Assembly: GCA_963716785.1 (NCBI GenBank) | Contig: CAVQUW010000006.1 | Coordinates: 7,810 to 71,809, forward strand | Direction of reading: 5' to 3' | From: an uncultured delta proteobacterium | Lineage (GTDB): Bacteria; Desulfobacterota; Desulfobacteria; Desulfobacterales; SpSt-501 | DNA length: 64,000 bases | In this document: positions 52,630-63,617 of the stretch, in pieces | Layout of the letters: each line of letters opens with the position of its first letter | How positions within the stretch are numbered: the first letter of the stretch is position 1 | Program-made: the position numbers and the translations under genes | Notes under the pieces: model-generated | What the model saw: only the letters and a program-made list of their open reading frames with translations | Database searches by the model: none | What the model was told of the DNA's origin: nothing

Positions 52630-55600
52630 CGGCACCGGTTGAAGCCTACACACCTGAAAACCCCATCCGCATCGTGACCGCCACATCCCTCTTCGACGGA
52701 CACGACGCCTCCATCAACATCATGCGCCGGATCATCCAGGACACCGGCGTGGAGGTGATCCACCTCGGCCACAACCGCTCGGTGCAGGAAATCGTCGACG
52801 CCGCCATCGAAGAGGACGTCCAGGGGGTCGCCGTGTCGAGCTACCAGGGCGGGCACATCGAGTTCTTCAAGTACCTGGTCGACCTGCTGCGGGAGCGCGG
52901 CGCCCCGCACGTCAAGGTCTTCGGCGGCGGCGGCGGCGTGATCGTCCCCGAGGAGATCGCGGAGCTGGAAGCCTACGGCGTCACCAAGATCTACTCGCCC
53001 GAGGACGGCACCCGCATGGGCCTGCAGGGCATCATCAACCACCTGGTGCAGTCGCTCGATTTCCCGACCGTCACGGGTTTCGATTTCCCCTCGACGCGCT
53101 CACGGCGGACAACAAGTCCCTGGTGGCCGGCCTCATATCGGCGGCGGAGCTCGCCAAGGCGCAGCAGGACGGGCACCTGGACCGGCTGCGGGCGGAGTTG
53201 ACCAAAAAGGCCGGCGGCCGCCGGGTGCCGGTGATCGGCATCACCGGCACCGGCGGGGCCGGCAAGTCCTCGCTGACCGACGAGTTGATCGTGCGCATCC
53301 TGCACGACCTCAACCGAGGTGCGCGTCGCCATCTTCAGCTGCGACCCCTCGCGCCGCAAGACCGGCGGCGCCCTGCTGGGCGACCGCATCCGCATGAACG
53401 CCATCGGCAGCCCGCGGGTCTACATGCGCTCGCTGGCCACCCGGCGCTCCGCAACCGAGATCCCGGCGGCCCTGCCCGATGCCATCATGGCGGTCAAGGC
53501 CGCCGGGTTCGACCTGGTCATCGCCGAAACCGCCGGCATCGGCCAGGGGGATTCGAGCATCACCGATCTGGTGGACGTGTCGCTGTACGTCATGACGAGC
53601 GAGTTCGGGGCCGCCTCCCAGCTCGAAAAAATCGACATGCTCGACTTCGCCGACCTGGTCGCGGTCAACAAGTACGAAAAACGCGGCGGCGAAGACGCCG
53701 TGCGCACGTCCGCAAGCAGGTCCAGCGCAACCGCAAGGCGTTCGACCGCGCCGCCCGAGGAGATGCCGGTCTTCGGCACCATCGCCTCCAAGTTCAACGA
53801 CGACGGGGTGACGCGCGCTCTACCACGCCCTGATGGACGCCGTCGCCGCCAAGACCGGGGTGCGCTTCGACACGCGCCTGCCGCGGCCGCAGACCAAGAC
53901 CTCCTCCTCGAAGACCATCATCATCCCACCGGAGCGGATGCGCTACCTGAGCGAGATCGCCGAGACCCTGCGCGGCTACCACGCCAGAACCAGCCGCCAG
54001 ATGGAGGCCCTGCGCCGGGACTGGCACCTATCGGAAGCGGCCGGGGCGGCCGCTGCCGCGACCCCGGACGGCACGGCGCTTGAGCTGCTCGAGCGGCTGC
54101 GACAGGAGGCCGCGCGAGCGCGTCGAGGCGGAGACCCGCCGCGTGATGGCGGAGTGGGAGGAGATCAAGGAGCCTTATTCCGGCGACGAGCTGGTGTACA
54201 CGGTGCGCGACCGGGAGATCCGGCTGCCGCTGCTTCTCCGAGTCCCTCGCCCGCACGCGGATCCCCAAAATCGTCCTGCCGCGCTTCGCGGACCCCGGGG
54301 AAATCTACCGCTGGATGCGCGCGGAAAACGTCTCCGGCCGTTTCCCCTTCACCGCCGGCGTGTTTCCCCTCAAGCGCGTCGACGAGGACCCCACCCGCAT
54401 GTTCGCCGGCGAAGGGGACCCGGCCCGCACCAACCGCCGTTTCAAGCTGCTGTCGGCCAGCTACGAGGCCAAGCGGCTGTCGACCGCCTTCGACTCGGTG
54501 ACCCTCTATGGCTACGACCCGGACCGCCGCCCGGACATCTACGGCAAGGTGGGCACCTCCGGGGTGAGCATCTGCACCCTGGACGACGTCAAGGTGCTCT
54601 ACGACGGCTTCGATCTGTGCGCCCCGAGCACCTCGGTCTCCATGACCATCAACGGGCCGGCCCCGATCATGCTGGCCATGTTTCTGAACACCGCCATCGA
54701 CCAGCAGGTGGACCGGTTCACAGGCCGAAAACGGCCGCGCGACCCGACGCCGAAGCAGCACGCGAAGATCCGGCGCGACGGTGCTCTCCAACGTGCGCGG
54801 CACGGTCCAGGCCGACATCCTCAAGGAGGACCAGGGCCAGAACACCTGCATCTTTTCCATCGATTTCGCCCTGAAAATGATGGGTGACATCCAGGAGTAT
54901 TTCATCGACAACCACGTGCGCAACTTCTACTCGGTGTCCATCTCCGGCTACCACATCGCCGAGGCCGGAGCCAACCCGATCACCCAGCTGGCCTTCACCC
55001 TGGCCAACGGGTTCACCTACGTGGAGTACTACCTCTCGCGGGGGATGCCCATCGACAGCTTCGGCCCGAACCTCTCCTTCTTCTTCTCCAACGGCATGGA
55101 CCCGGAGTACACCGTCATCGGCCGCGTCGCCCGGCGCATCTGGGCCGTCGCCATGAAGCACAAGTACGGCGGGTCGGCGCGCTCCCAGATGCTCAAGTAC
55201 CACATCCAGACCTCCGGGCGCTCGCTGCACAGCCAGGACATCCAGTTCAACGACATCCGCACGACCCTGCAGGCCCTCTGCGCCATCTACGACAATTGCA
55301 ACAGCCTGCACACCAACGCCTTCGACGAGGCCATCACCACCCCGAGCGCCGAGTCGGTGCGGCGCGCACTGGCCATCCAGCTCATCATCAACCGCGAGTG
55401 GGGCCTCACCAAGAACGAAAACATGAACCAGGGCAGCTTCATCGTGGAAGAGCTCACCCAGCTGGTGGAAGAGGCGGTCCTCTCCGAGTTCGACCGCATC
55501 ACCGAACGCGGCGGGGTGCTGGGCGCCATGGAAACCGGCTACCAGCGCAGCAAGATCCAGGAGGAGTCCATGTACTACGAGAGGCTGAAACACAGCGGGG

Positions 55601-55903
55601 AGCTGCCCATCGTCGGGGTCAACACGTTCCGCGACCCCGACCCCGACGGGGAGCCGCTGAACGAGGTGGTCGAGCTGGCGCGGGCCACGGAAGAGGAGAA
55701 GCAGTCCCAGCTCCGCGCGCCTGGCCGAGTTCAAGCAGCGCCACGCGGACCAATCCCCGGCCGCCCTGGAGCGGCTCCAGCAGGCCGCCCTCGGCGGCGG
55801 CAACATCTTTGCCGAGCTGATGAACACGGTGCGCCACTGCAGCCTGGGGCAGATCACCGAGGCGCTCTACGCGGTGGGCGGAAAGTATCGGCGGAATATG
55901 TGA
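52626..55903 (+). CDS. icmF: Fused isobutyryl-CoA mutase/MeaB GTPase IcmF, many frameshifts
   Basis: B12 motif [10 protein letters not shown]-loop [18 protein letters not shown], mutase TRMFAGEG (Phe specificity residue), [23 protein letters not shown] and C-terminal GGKYRRNM*. Confidence 0.9.
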
Positions 55904-55908
55904 AAATA

Positions 55909-56005
55909 GACTGAAGGCCGAAGACCGAAGGCTGAAGGAACAGATGTTTGGAACCTTTGAGCTTCAAGCCTTCAGTCTTCAACCTTTAGCCTTCAGTCTT
56001 CAGTT
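55909..56005. repeat. Inverted heptamer arrays (GRCYGAA)x4 ... (TTCAGTC-like)x5
   Basis: Seen directly between icmF and the thiolase. Confidence 0.8.
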
Positions 56006-56023
56006 AAAAGAAAGGACGACATC

Positions 56024-57201
56024 ATGCGAAAGGCAGTCATCGTCAGCGCGGTGCGAACACCTCTGGGGGCTTTCAACGGGGCACTGAGCGGGATCGGCGC
56101 CACGAAGCTCTGGGGGCAATCGTCATCGAGGAGGCGGTCAAGCGGGCGGGGATCGACAAAAGCGGTGGTCAACGAGGTCATCATGGGGCAGGTGCTGCCC
56201 TGCGGCTGCGGCCAGAACCCGGCCAAGCAGGCGGCCGTTACGGCCGGGATGCCCTGGGAGGTGGAGGCGCTGACCGTCAACAAGGTCTGCGGCTCGGCCC
56301 TGAAAGCGGTGATGCTGGCGGCCCAGGCCATCCAGACCGGCGATGCCGACGTGGTGGTCGCCGGCGGCATGGAGAACATGAGCCTGGCCCCGTACTACCT
56401 GGAAAAGGCGCGCTTCGGCTACCGCATGGGGCCGGGCACGATCCAGGACCACATGGTCCACGACGGGCTGTGGGACATCGTCAACGATTTCCACATGGGC
56501 ATCTCCAACGACCTCTGCTCGGAAAAATACGGCGTCAGCCGCGAAGACCAGGACCGCTACGCGGCCGAGTCCTACCGCCGCAGCCTGGCCGCCATCGCCT
56601 CCGGCCGGTTCGACGAGGAGATCGTTCCGGTACCGGTCCCCCAGCGCAAGGGCGCCCCGGTGGTGTTCACCCAGGACGAGTGCCCGCGGGAGACCAGCTA
56701 CGAGGCGCTCGCCAAGATGACGCCCGCCTTCCAGAAAAACGGCACCGCCACCGCCGGCAACGCCTCGGTCATCAGCGACGGCGCCGCGGCCGTGGTGGTG
56801 ATGGCCGAGGAAAAGGCCGAGAGCTCGGGTGCCCGGTCCTGGCGACCATCGGCGCCCAGGCCTCGTCCGGCATCGACATGAAGTACGTCCTGGTGGCCCC
56901 CATCCTGGCCGTGCCGAAATGCCTCAAGAAAGAGGGCATCGGCGTCCAGGATGTGGATCTGTTCGAGATCAACGAGGCCTTCAGCGGCTCGACCGTCGCC
57001 GTGCTGCGGGAGCTCGGGCTGGACCCCGAAAAGGTCAACGTCAACGGCGGCAGCGTCGCCCTGGGGCACCCCATCGGCGCCAGCGGCTGCCGGGTGCTGG
57101 TGACCCTGATCCACGAAATGATCCGCCGGGACAAGAAAACCGGCCTGGCCTCGCTCTGCCTCGGCGGCGGCGAGGCCGTGGCGCTGGTGGTCAAAAGATA
57201 G
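56024..57201 (+). CDS. Acetyl-CoA C-acetyltransferase (thiolase), frameshifts
   Basis: [48 protein letters not shown] and CLGGG. Confidence 0.92.
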
Positions 57202-57317
57202 TTTAAAGTGTCAACAGATAGTTTAAAGTTTTAAGGTGATTGACGTTTTAACGCAAGGGACCTAACATCCTTCATCTAATATCGACTTTAACTTTCCTTC
57301 GCGTAACACTTTAAACT
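57200..57317. repeat. AT-rich element with 12-bp inverted ends AGTTTAAAGTGT/ACACTTTAAACT
   Basis: Perfect inverted repeat; AGATAGTTTAAAGT is duplicated at the left end. Confidence 0.7.
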
Positions 57318-57392
57318 TGATCCTTAAAACGAATCCGACAAGCTTTCAAAACCAGTCATATTTTCGCGAAAAGGAGGATTTCAAGATGCGAA

Positions 57393-58246
57393 ATGGAGAT
57401 CAAAACATTCGGCGTCATCGGCGCCGGTCAGATGGGCAACGGCATCGCCCAGGTGGCGGCGGCCAGCGGGCTGAAGGTGATCATGAACGACATCAAGGCC
57501 GAGTTCGTCGAGCGCGGTCTGAAGAACATCACGAGCCTCCTCTCCCGCGGCGTCGAAAAAGGCAAGATGACCGTCGGACGAACGGGATGCCCTCCTCGGC
57601 AGGATCCGGACCAGCACCAACCTCCAGGACATGGAGACGGCCGATTTCGTGGTCGAGGCCGCCACCGAAAAGGAAGACCTCAAGTTCGAGCTCTTCCGCG
57701 ACCTGGACCAGATCTGCCGGCCCGCGGCGATCCTGTCCACCAACACCTCCTCGATCCCGATCGGCCGGATCGCGGCGCAGACCAGGCGGCCCGGAGAAGG
57801 TCATCGGCATGCATTTCATGAACCCGGTGCCGGTGATGAAGCTGGTGGAGGTCATCCGCGGCATCGCCACCTCCGAGGAGACCTTCCAGACCACCTGGGG
57901 CCTGGCGGAGAAGTTCGGCAAGACGCCGGCCAAGGCCAACGACTACCCCGGGTTCATCGCCAACCGGATCCTGCTGCCGATGATCAACGAGGCGGTCTAC
58001 TGCCTGTATCACGGGGTCGGCACCCGCGAGGACATCGACACGGTCATGAAGCTGGGCATGAACCACCCGATGGGCCCGCTGGCCCTGGCCGACCTGATCG
58101 GGCTCGACACCTGTCTGGCCATCATGGAGACCCTCTACGAGGGCTTCAAGGACTCCAAATACCGCCCCTGCCCGCTGCTGCGCAAATACGTCGAGGCCGG
58201 CTGGCTGGGCCGCAAGACGGGCCGCGGGTTTTTCGAATACAAATGA
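57393..58246 (+). CDS. hbd: 3-hydroxybutyryl-CoA dehydrogenase, frameshifts
   Basis: [43 protein letters not shown] and NHPMGPL. Confidence 0.9.
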
Positions 58247-58249
58247 GCT

Positions 58250-58348
58250 GGGTCGCCGGTCGGCCCGTCCGCCGGTCTGTCCCGTGGAACGGATGCTGAT
58301 CGCATTTGCCGGGACCGGCCGACCGGCGACGGGTCGACCGGCCGACCC
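58250..58348. repeat. GC-rich inverted array of (GACCGGCC)-like units
   Basis: The left arm GGGTCGCCGGTCGGCCCGTCCGCCGGTC pairs with the right arm GACCGGCCGACCGGCGACGGGTCGACCGGCCGACCC. Confidence 0.6.
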
Positions 58349-58365
58349 GCAACTGCGGAGGACTT

Positions 58366-58917
58366 ATGCCACGAGCCAAGAAACCCACACGTGCGCCGAT
58401 CGGCAGCAAGATCAAGAAGGCCCGCACCGACAAGGGCATCACCCTCGACCGTCTGGCCAACGACACCGGGTTTTCGGTCGATTACCTCAAAGACCTGGAA
58501 GCCGGCAAGGCCAAACCGCCGGTGGGGACCATGCTGCAGATCGCCCGGGCCCTCGAGATCGACTCCGCCTCCCTGCTCAAGGAGCCCGAGTCCCGCCTGG
58601 AAAAGCGCATCCAGGCCCACACCAAACGCACCGAAAACTACGCCTACTCCACCCTGACCCCCGGCGCCGAGAACAAGCACCTCAAGGCCTTTCGCGTGGT
58701 CATCGAGGCCAAGAAGGACCATCAGGGGGTGGACTACCACCACGAGGGCGAGGAGTTCGTCTACGTGCTGAGCGGCAAAATCGAGGTGACGGTCGGTGAG
58801 CACGTGAACACGCTGGCGGCCGGGGACTCGCTGCACTTCAACTCCGGGATCCCGCACACGCTGAGAAGCACCAGCGCGGAGCGCGCCGAGTTGATTGTGG
58901 TGATCTACACCCCGTAG
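58366..58917 (+). CDS. XRE-family HTH regulator with cupin domain
   Basis: IGSKIKKAR..LDRLA HTH and HEGEEFVYVLSG..GDSLHFNS..H; GGAGG RBS. Confidence 0.9.
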   Translation: MPRAKKPTRAPIGSKIKKARTDKGITLDRLANDTGFSVDYLKDLEAGKAKPPVGTMLQIARALEIDSASLLKEPESRLEKRIQAHTKRTENYAYSTLTPGAENKHLKAFRVVIEAKKDHQGVDYHHEGEEFVYVLSGKIEVTVGEHVNTLAAGDSLHFNSGIPHTLRSTSAERAELIVVIYTP

Positions 58918-58932
58918 ATGCAAGGAGGCCGA

Positions 58933-60088
58933 ATGTCGCTCAAACTCACCGACGAGCAGCTGATGATCCAGTCCATGGTGCGGGACCTGGCACGCGAGGA
59001 GTTCGCGCCGGGGGCCATGGAACGCGATCAGAAAAAGCAATTCCCGGCCGAAAACCTGCGGAAACTGGCCGAGCTCGGGTTGATGGGCATGATGGTCCCC
59101 CCGGAGTGGGGCGGGTCGGGGGCCGACACCGTGAGCTATGTCCTGGCGCTCGCCGAGGTGGCCTATGCCTGCGCCTGCGACCGCGGTGGTGATGTCCGTG
59201 CACAACTCCATCGTGTGCGAAAGCCTCCTGTGCTACGGAACCGAGGCGCAAAAAGAAAAATACCTCCGGGCGCTGGCCGCCGGCGAGATCATCGGCGCCT
59301 TTTCCCTGACCGAACCGAACGCCGGCTCCGACCCGTCCCGGCAGACCACCAAAGCCGTGCGGGACGGGAAGCACTGGGTGCTGAACGGCAGCAAACGCTT
59401 CACCACCACGGGCCGCAACGCCGGGTTGACCATCGTGACCGCCAAGACCGACGACGGCAAGGCCCACCGGGGCATCAGCGCCTTTCTGGTTCCGCGGGGC
59501 ACCCGGGGCCTTTCCACCGGACCGCTCGAGGACAAAATGGGGCTGCGGGCCTCGGACACCTGCGACCTCATCCTGGAGGACTGCCGCATCCCGGCCGATC
59601 ATCTGCTGGGCAACGAGGGGGACGGGTTTCTGATTGCCATGACGGGGCTCGACTGCGGCCGGATCGGCATCGCCGCCCAATCGGTCGGTGTGGCCCAGGC
59701 GGCGCTCGACGCCGCCGTGCGCTATGTCCAGGAACGCGAGCAGTTCGGGCAGAAAATCTCCAAGTTCCAGGGCATCCGCTGGATGATCGCCGACATGGCC
59801 ACCGAAATCGAGGCCGCGCGGCTGCTCATGCTGTCGGCGGCCATGATGAAGGACGAGGGCCGGAACTACTCCGCCCAGGCCTCGATGGCCAAGCTGTTCG
59901 CCTCCGAGATGGTCAACCGCATCACGGGCCAGGCGCTGCAGCTGCACGGCGGCTACGGGTTCACCAAGGAGTACGCCGTGGAACGCTATTACCGGGATGC
60001 GCGCGTCTTCACCATTTACGAAGGCACCTCGGAGATCCAGCGCATCGTGATCTCCAATCACATTCTCAAGGACAAACGCAGTCCGTAA
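58933..60088 (+). CDS. Acyl-CoA dehydrogenase (butyryl-CoA dehydrogenase-like), frameshift near 59177
   Basis: FSLTEPNAGSD, LNGSKRF, KMGLRAS, GRIGIAAQ, HGGYG and IYEGTSEIQR. Confidence 0.92.
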
Positions 60089-60105
60089 AAACCGAGGAGT
60101 ATCTG

Positions 60106-60585
60106 ATGGTCAGAACCGAAATATCGCTGTTTTTGAAAAACGTGCCGGGAGAGCTGGGGCGGCTGTCGGCCTTGCTCGGCAGCAACGGGGTCAACATCGA
60201 CGCCCTCATGATCCAGGACGCGTCGAGCTACGTGCAGCAGCTGTTCCAGGCCCGGGGCAAGTCCCTGCAGCGCATCGCCTCCGCCGCCAGCTACAACTCC
60301 ATGCGCAAGGACTCCGCGGAGTTCGCCTTGATCCGGATCCTGGTCGACAACCCGGACAAGGCCGTCGGCTTGCTCACGGAACACGAGTATCTCTTCGACA
60401 GCCAGCCCGTGATTGCCCTGGATCTGGAAAACCGGCCGGGGGAGTTGGCCGCCATCACCCAGAAATTCGGCGAGGAAGGGATCAACATCAACTACGTCTA
60501 CGGCTCGGTGGCCGGGCCGGACGCCAAGTGCCTGTTCGTGTTCTGCCCGGAAAATATCGATCTGGCGGCGAAGATCTACAAGTAG
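60106..60585 (+). CDS. ACT domain-containing protein
   Basis: ISLFLKNVPGEL..GVNI and LENRPGEL..GININYVY; GAGGAG RBS. Confidence 0.82.
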   Translation: MVRTEISLFLKNVPGELGRLSALLGSNGVNIDALMIQDASSYVQQLFQARGKSLQRIASAASYNSMRKDSAEFALIRILVDNPDKAVGLLTEHEYLFDSQPVIALDLENRPGELAAITQKFGEEGININYVYGSVAGPDAKCLFVFCPENIDLAAKIYK

Positions 60586-60658
60586 GGTCCGCCACCGGGC
60601 AAGCGCGCGGTTTTTTGGCGGGGTGCGACTTGCGACCGGTCCCGGCGGCGGGACCGGC

Positions 60659-62185
60659 CTACTTCTGCTCCCCGCCGAAGGCCTCTTTCACCTTCGCCCG
60701 GTCGATCGTGCCGTCGGGCCGCCGCGGCAGATCGTCGACGAACTCGAGGTACTGGGGCTTTTTGTAGCTCGCGATGCGCGTGCCGACGAACTGGATCAGC
60801 TCGCGGGCTTCCAGTTTCCGGCCCGGTTTCAGCCGGCAGACCGCCTTGATGCCCTCTTTCCACTTGGGGTCGGGCACCCCGAAGACCACCGCCTGGTCCA
60901 CGGCGGGATGCTCGAGAATGGCCTTTTCCACCTCGGCCGGATAGACGTTCTCGCCGCCCGGCTTGATGAGCTCCTTCTCGGGCTTGCGGCCGGCGTAGAA
61001 CAGAAAGCCCTCCTCATCGAAGCGGCCGAGGTCCCCGGTGTGATGCCAACCGCCGCGCAAGGCGTGAGCCGTATCCTCGGGAAGGTTCCAATAGCCGTTG
61101 AAGACCATCGGGCCCTTGACCGCAATCTCTCCCACCTGACCGACTGCGACGTCCCGCCCGGCTTCGTCCACCAAGCGCACATCCGCAAGCGGAATGGTCC
61201 GGCCGGCCGAACCCGGCCGCTCGTTGTAGCGGCCGAAAGTGGCGATGGCCGAGGTCTCGGTCTGGCCGTACATGCAGTAGAAGGTGCCGCCGGTGAGCTT
61301 CTGGTACTTCTCGATGGTCGGCGGGGCTTCGAGACCGATGACGTGCTTAAGCGAGCCGATCTCCCCCCCGCCCTTCTCGTGCGCTTCGAGAACCGAGGCG
61401 AGGATCGGGGAGAAGTCGAACATGACGCTGACCTTCTTCGCGGCGATCAACTCCACCGCCCGGGCCGCGTCGAACTTGCTCATGTTGACGTTGAGCGCCC
61501 CGGCGTGAAACGCCATGGTCGCCATGAAGAGCCCGCCGACGTGGAAGAGCGGCAGAATATTGAGGTGCACGTCGCGCGGCGACAACCCGGTGAGCAGGTT
61601 CAGATGCACGTCGGCGCTGATGAAGTTCCTGTGGGTGAGCAGCGCCCCGCGCGGCCGCCCGGCGACCGCCGCGGTGTGGATGATCACCAACCCATCCCCG
61701 TTGCCGACCTCCGCCGGCTTGAAATCGGCGGCGTCGGCCATCAACTCGGCACAGGCGGTGAACTCCCCCCCCGGCGGACGAAGTGCAAAATACTCCCGGA
61801 CCGACGGGAGCCGGGCCCGGGCCGCTTCAATCATGCCCTGGTACTCGGGGTCGACGAACAACAGTTGCGGCGTGCCGTCGTTGAGGTTGAAAAGAACCTC
61901 TTCGGCCGACAACCGCCAATTGATCGGCAGCAGGATGGCGCCGAGGGCGGCGGCCGCCCCGTAGAGCAGGAAGTATTCGAGGGAGTTTTTCCCGAGCACC
62001 CCGATCCGGTCGCCTTTGCCCAGGCCCCGGCCCTGAAGTCCCGCGGCCAGGCGATCGACTTGATCCTTGACCTCGGCGAAGGAGAGGCTGCGACCGTCGT
62101 CGTCTTCGACCCAGGCCGTCTGGTGGTTGAAACAAACGGCATTGCGGCGGATCAGATCGTAGAACGTAAAGTCGTGAAGCGCCAT
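60659..62185 (-). CDS. Acyl-CoA synthetase (AMP-binding, long-chain fatty acid--CoA ligase-like)
   Basis: IIHTAAVAGRPRG, YGQTE, HTGDLG and IKPGGENVYPAEVE. Confidence 0.9.
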   Translation of the reverse strand: MALHDFTFYDLIRRNAVCFNHQTAWVEDDDGRSLSFAEVKDQVDRLAAGLQGRGLGKGDRIGVLGKNSLEYFLLYGAAAALGAILLPINWRLSAEEVLFNLNDGTPQLLFVDPEYQGMIEAARARLPSVREYFALRPPGGEFTACAELMADAADFKPAEVGNGDGLVIIHTAAVAGRPRGALLTHRNFISADVHLNLLTGLSPRDVHLNILPLFHVGGLFMATMAFHAGALNVNMSKFDAARAVELIAAKKVSVMFDFSPILASVLEAHEKGGGEIGSLKHVIGLEAPPTIEKYQKLTGGTFYCMYGQTETSAIATFGRYNERPGSAGRTIPLADVRLVDEAGRDVAVGQVGEIAVKGPMVFNGYWNLPEDTAHALRGGWHHTGDLGRFDEEGFLFYAGRKPEKELIKPGGENVYPAEVEKAILEHPAVDQAVVFGVPDPKWKEGIKAVCRLKPGRKLEARELIQFVGTRIASYKKPQYLEFVDDLPRRPDGTIDRAKVKEAFGGEQK

Positions 62186-62214
62186 GGGTGCTCCCTTGAA
62201 TCGACGGCCACAGG

Positions 62215-62607
62215 CTACTTGACGCAGATGACCGGACAAGGCGCCTTCAAGATGACATACTGCGCCGTCGATCCCATAAAGAGTTTGCGGGTTTTGGATT
62301 TCTTTTCGATGCCGACATACACCTGGTCGACCCCATTCTCCTCGACATAGCGAACGATGTCCTCCCCGGGCGTCAAACCCCTGGCAAAACTCTGGACCTC
62401 GCACTCGATGCCCGCTTCCTTCAGAAAATTCAGGGCCCAGTTGAGCTCGTACTCGGCCTTGCCCACTTCGTCGGCCGTCTCCGCGGAGCCGCCCTCCATG
62501 GAAGTCATCACGATGATTTTCGCCTGGAACAGCTTGGCGTAGTCTCGCGCGAGCGCCAGGGCCGATTTGGCCTCCTTCGACCCGTTGTAAGCGACCAGAA
62601 ATTTCAT
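62215..62607 (-). CDS. Universal stress protein
   Basis: FLVAYNGS and LFMGSTAQYVILKAPCPV. Confidence 0.88.
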   Translation of the reverse strand: MKFLVAYNGSKEAKSALALARDYAKLFQAKIIVMTSMEGGSAETADEVGKAEYELNWALNFLKEAGIECEVQSFARGLTPGEDIVRYVEENGVDQVYVGIEKKSKTRKLFMGSTAQYVILKAPCPVICVK

Positions 62608-62666
62608 CCCTCACTCCTTTGAAACGTGCCTGTTGATTTGCCGTCGGTCGTCTCCGACAGAAGCGA

Positions 62667-63489
62667 CTACATCCAGCGCTTGCGCCGCTTGTACGATTTG
62701 ACCTCCTTGAAGGACTTGCGCCCCCCGCCCCGGGTGATGCCCATGTAGAATTCCTTGACGTCCGGGTTCTTCTTCAACTCCTCCGAAGGCCCTTCCAGGA
62801 CGATCTTCCCGGACTCCATGATATAGGCGTACTGGGATATCTCCAGGGCGACTTTGGCGTTCTGCTCCACCACCAGAATCGTGGTTTTCATCTCCTGGTT
62901 GATGCGCTTCACGTTTTCGAAGATCTCCTTGACCAACAAGCGGCGCCAGACCGAGGGACGGTTCATCCAGCATCAGCATGCGCGGGGCGGCCATGAGCGC
63001 CCGGGCAATGGCGATCATCTGCTGCTCGCCGCCGGAGCAATAGCCGGCCAGCCGATGCGTCACCCGCGCAAGCCTCGGAAAGTGCACGTACATGAGCTTG
63101 AGGTCCTTGCGCACGCCGGGGCCGCCGTCCTTGCGGGTGATGGAGCCGGCGCGGATGTTTTCGTCGACACTCAGGTGCTTGAACACCCTGCGGCCTTCCG
63201 GGACCATGACCGCGCCGTGCCGGACCACTTCGGTGCCGAGCCGGTTGGTGATGTCGACCCCCCGGAAGCGGACGAAGCCGTCCTTGATGAAACCGTTCTC
63301 CGGCTTGAGCAGCCCGCTGATCGCCCGCAGGGTGGTCGTCTTCCCGGCGCCGTTGGTGCCGAGCAGGGCCACGATGGCGCCCTCGGGGACGTTGAGGCTC
63401 ACCCCGCGCAGGACCTGGATGATGTCGTGGTAGACCACCTCGATATTGTTGACCTCGAGGAGGTATTTGGATTTTTGCTCCGGTTCCAT
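62667..63489 (-). CDS. livF: Branched-chain amino acid-type ABC ATP-binding protein (LivF-like), frameshift near 62940
   Basis: LGTNGAGKTT, VPEGRRVF, SGGEQQM, LDEPSLGLAP and VEQNA. Confidence 0.88.
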
Positions 63490-63617
63490 AGGATCGATCT
63501 ATTTACCTTCTTGATGCCGCGTTCAGGTGGTCGGCTCCGGCCGCACCGGGGGAGCGGCCGGCGGCGGCTGCACCGCCGCCGGCCGGGTCCGATCGGCGCC
63601 GTCGGCGCGATTCGCCC

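Noticed and set aside
58918-60585. Acyl-CoA dehydrogenase-ACT fusion (555 aa)
   Set aside because: Artefact of the indel near 59177. The ACT gene has its own RBS and ATG at 60106.
2660-63489. Mass pseudogenisation or programmed frameshifting of many genes
   Set aside because: The breaks are single-base indels in otherwise intact conserved genes across unrelated pathways, often in one sequence context and without slippery sites. Sequencing error is the simpler explanation.
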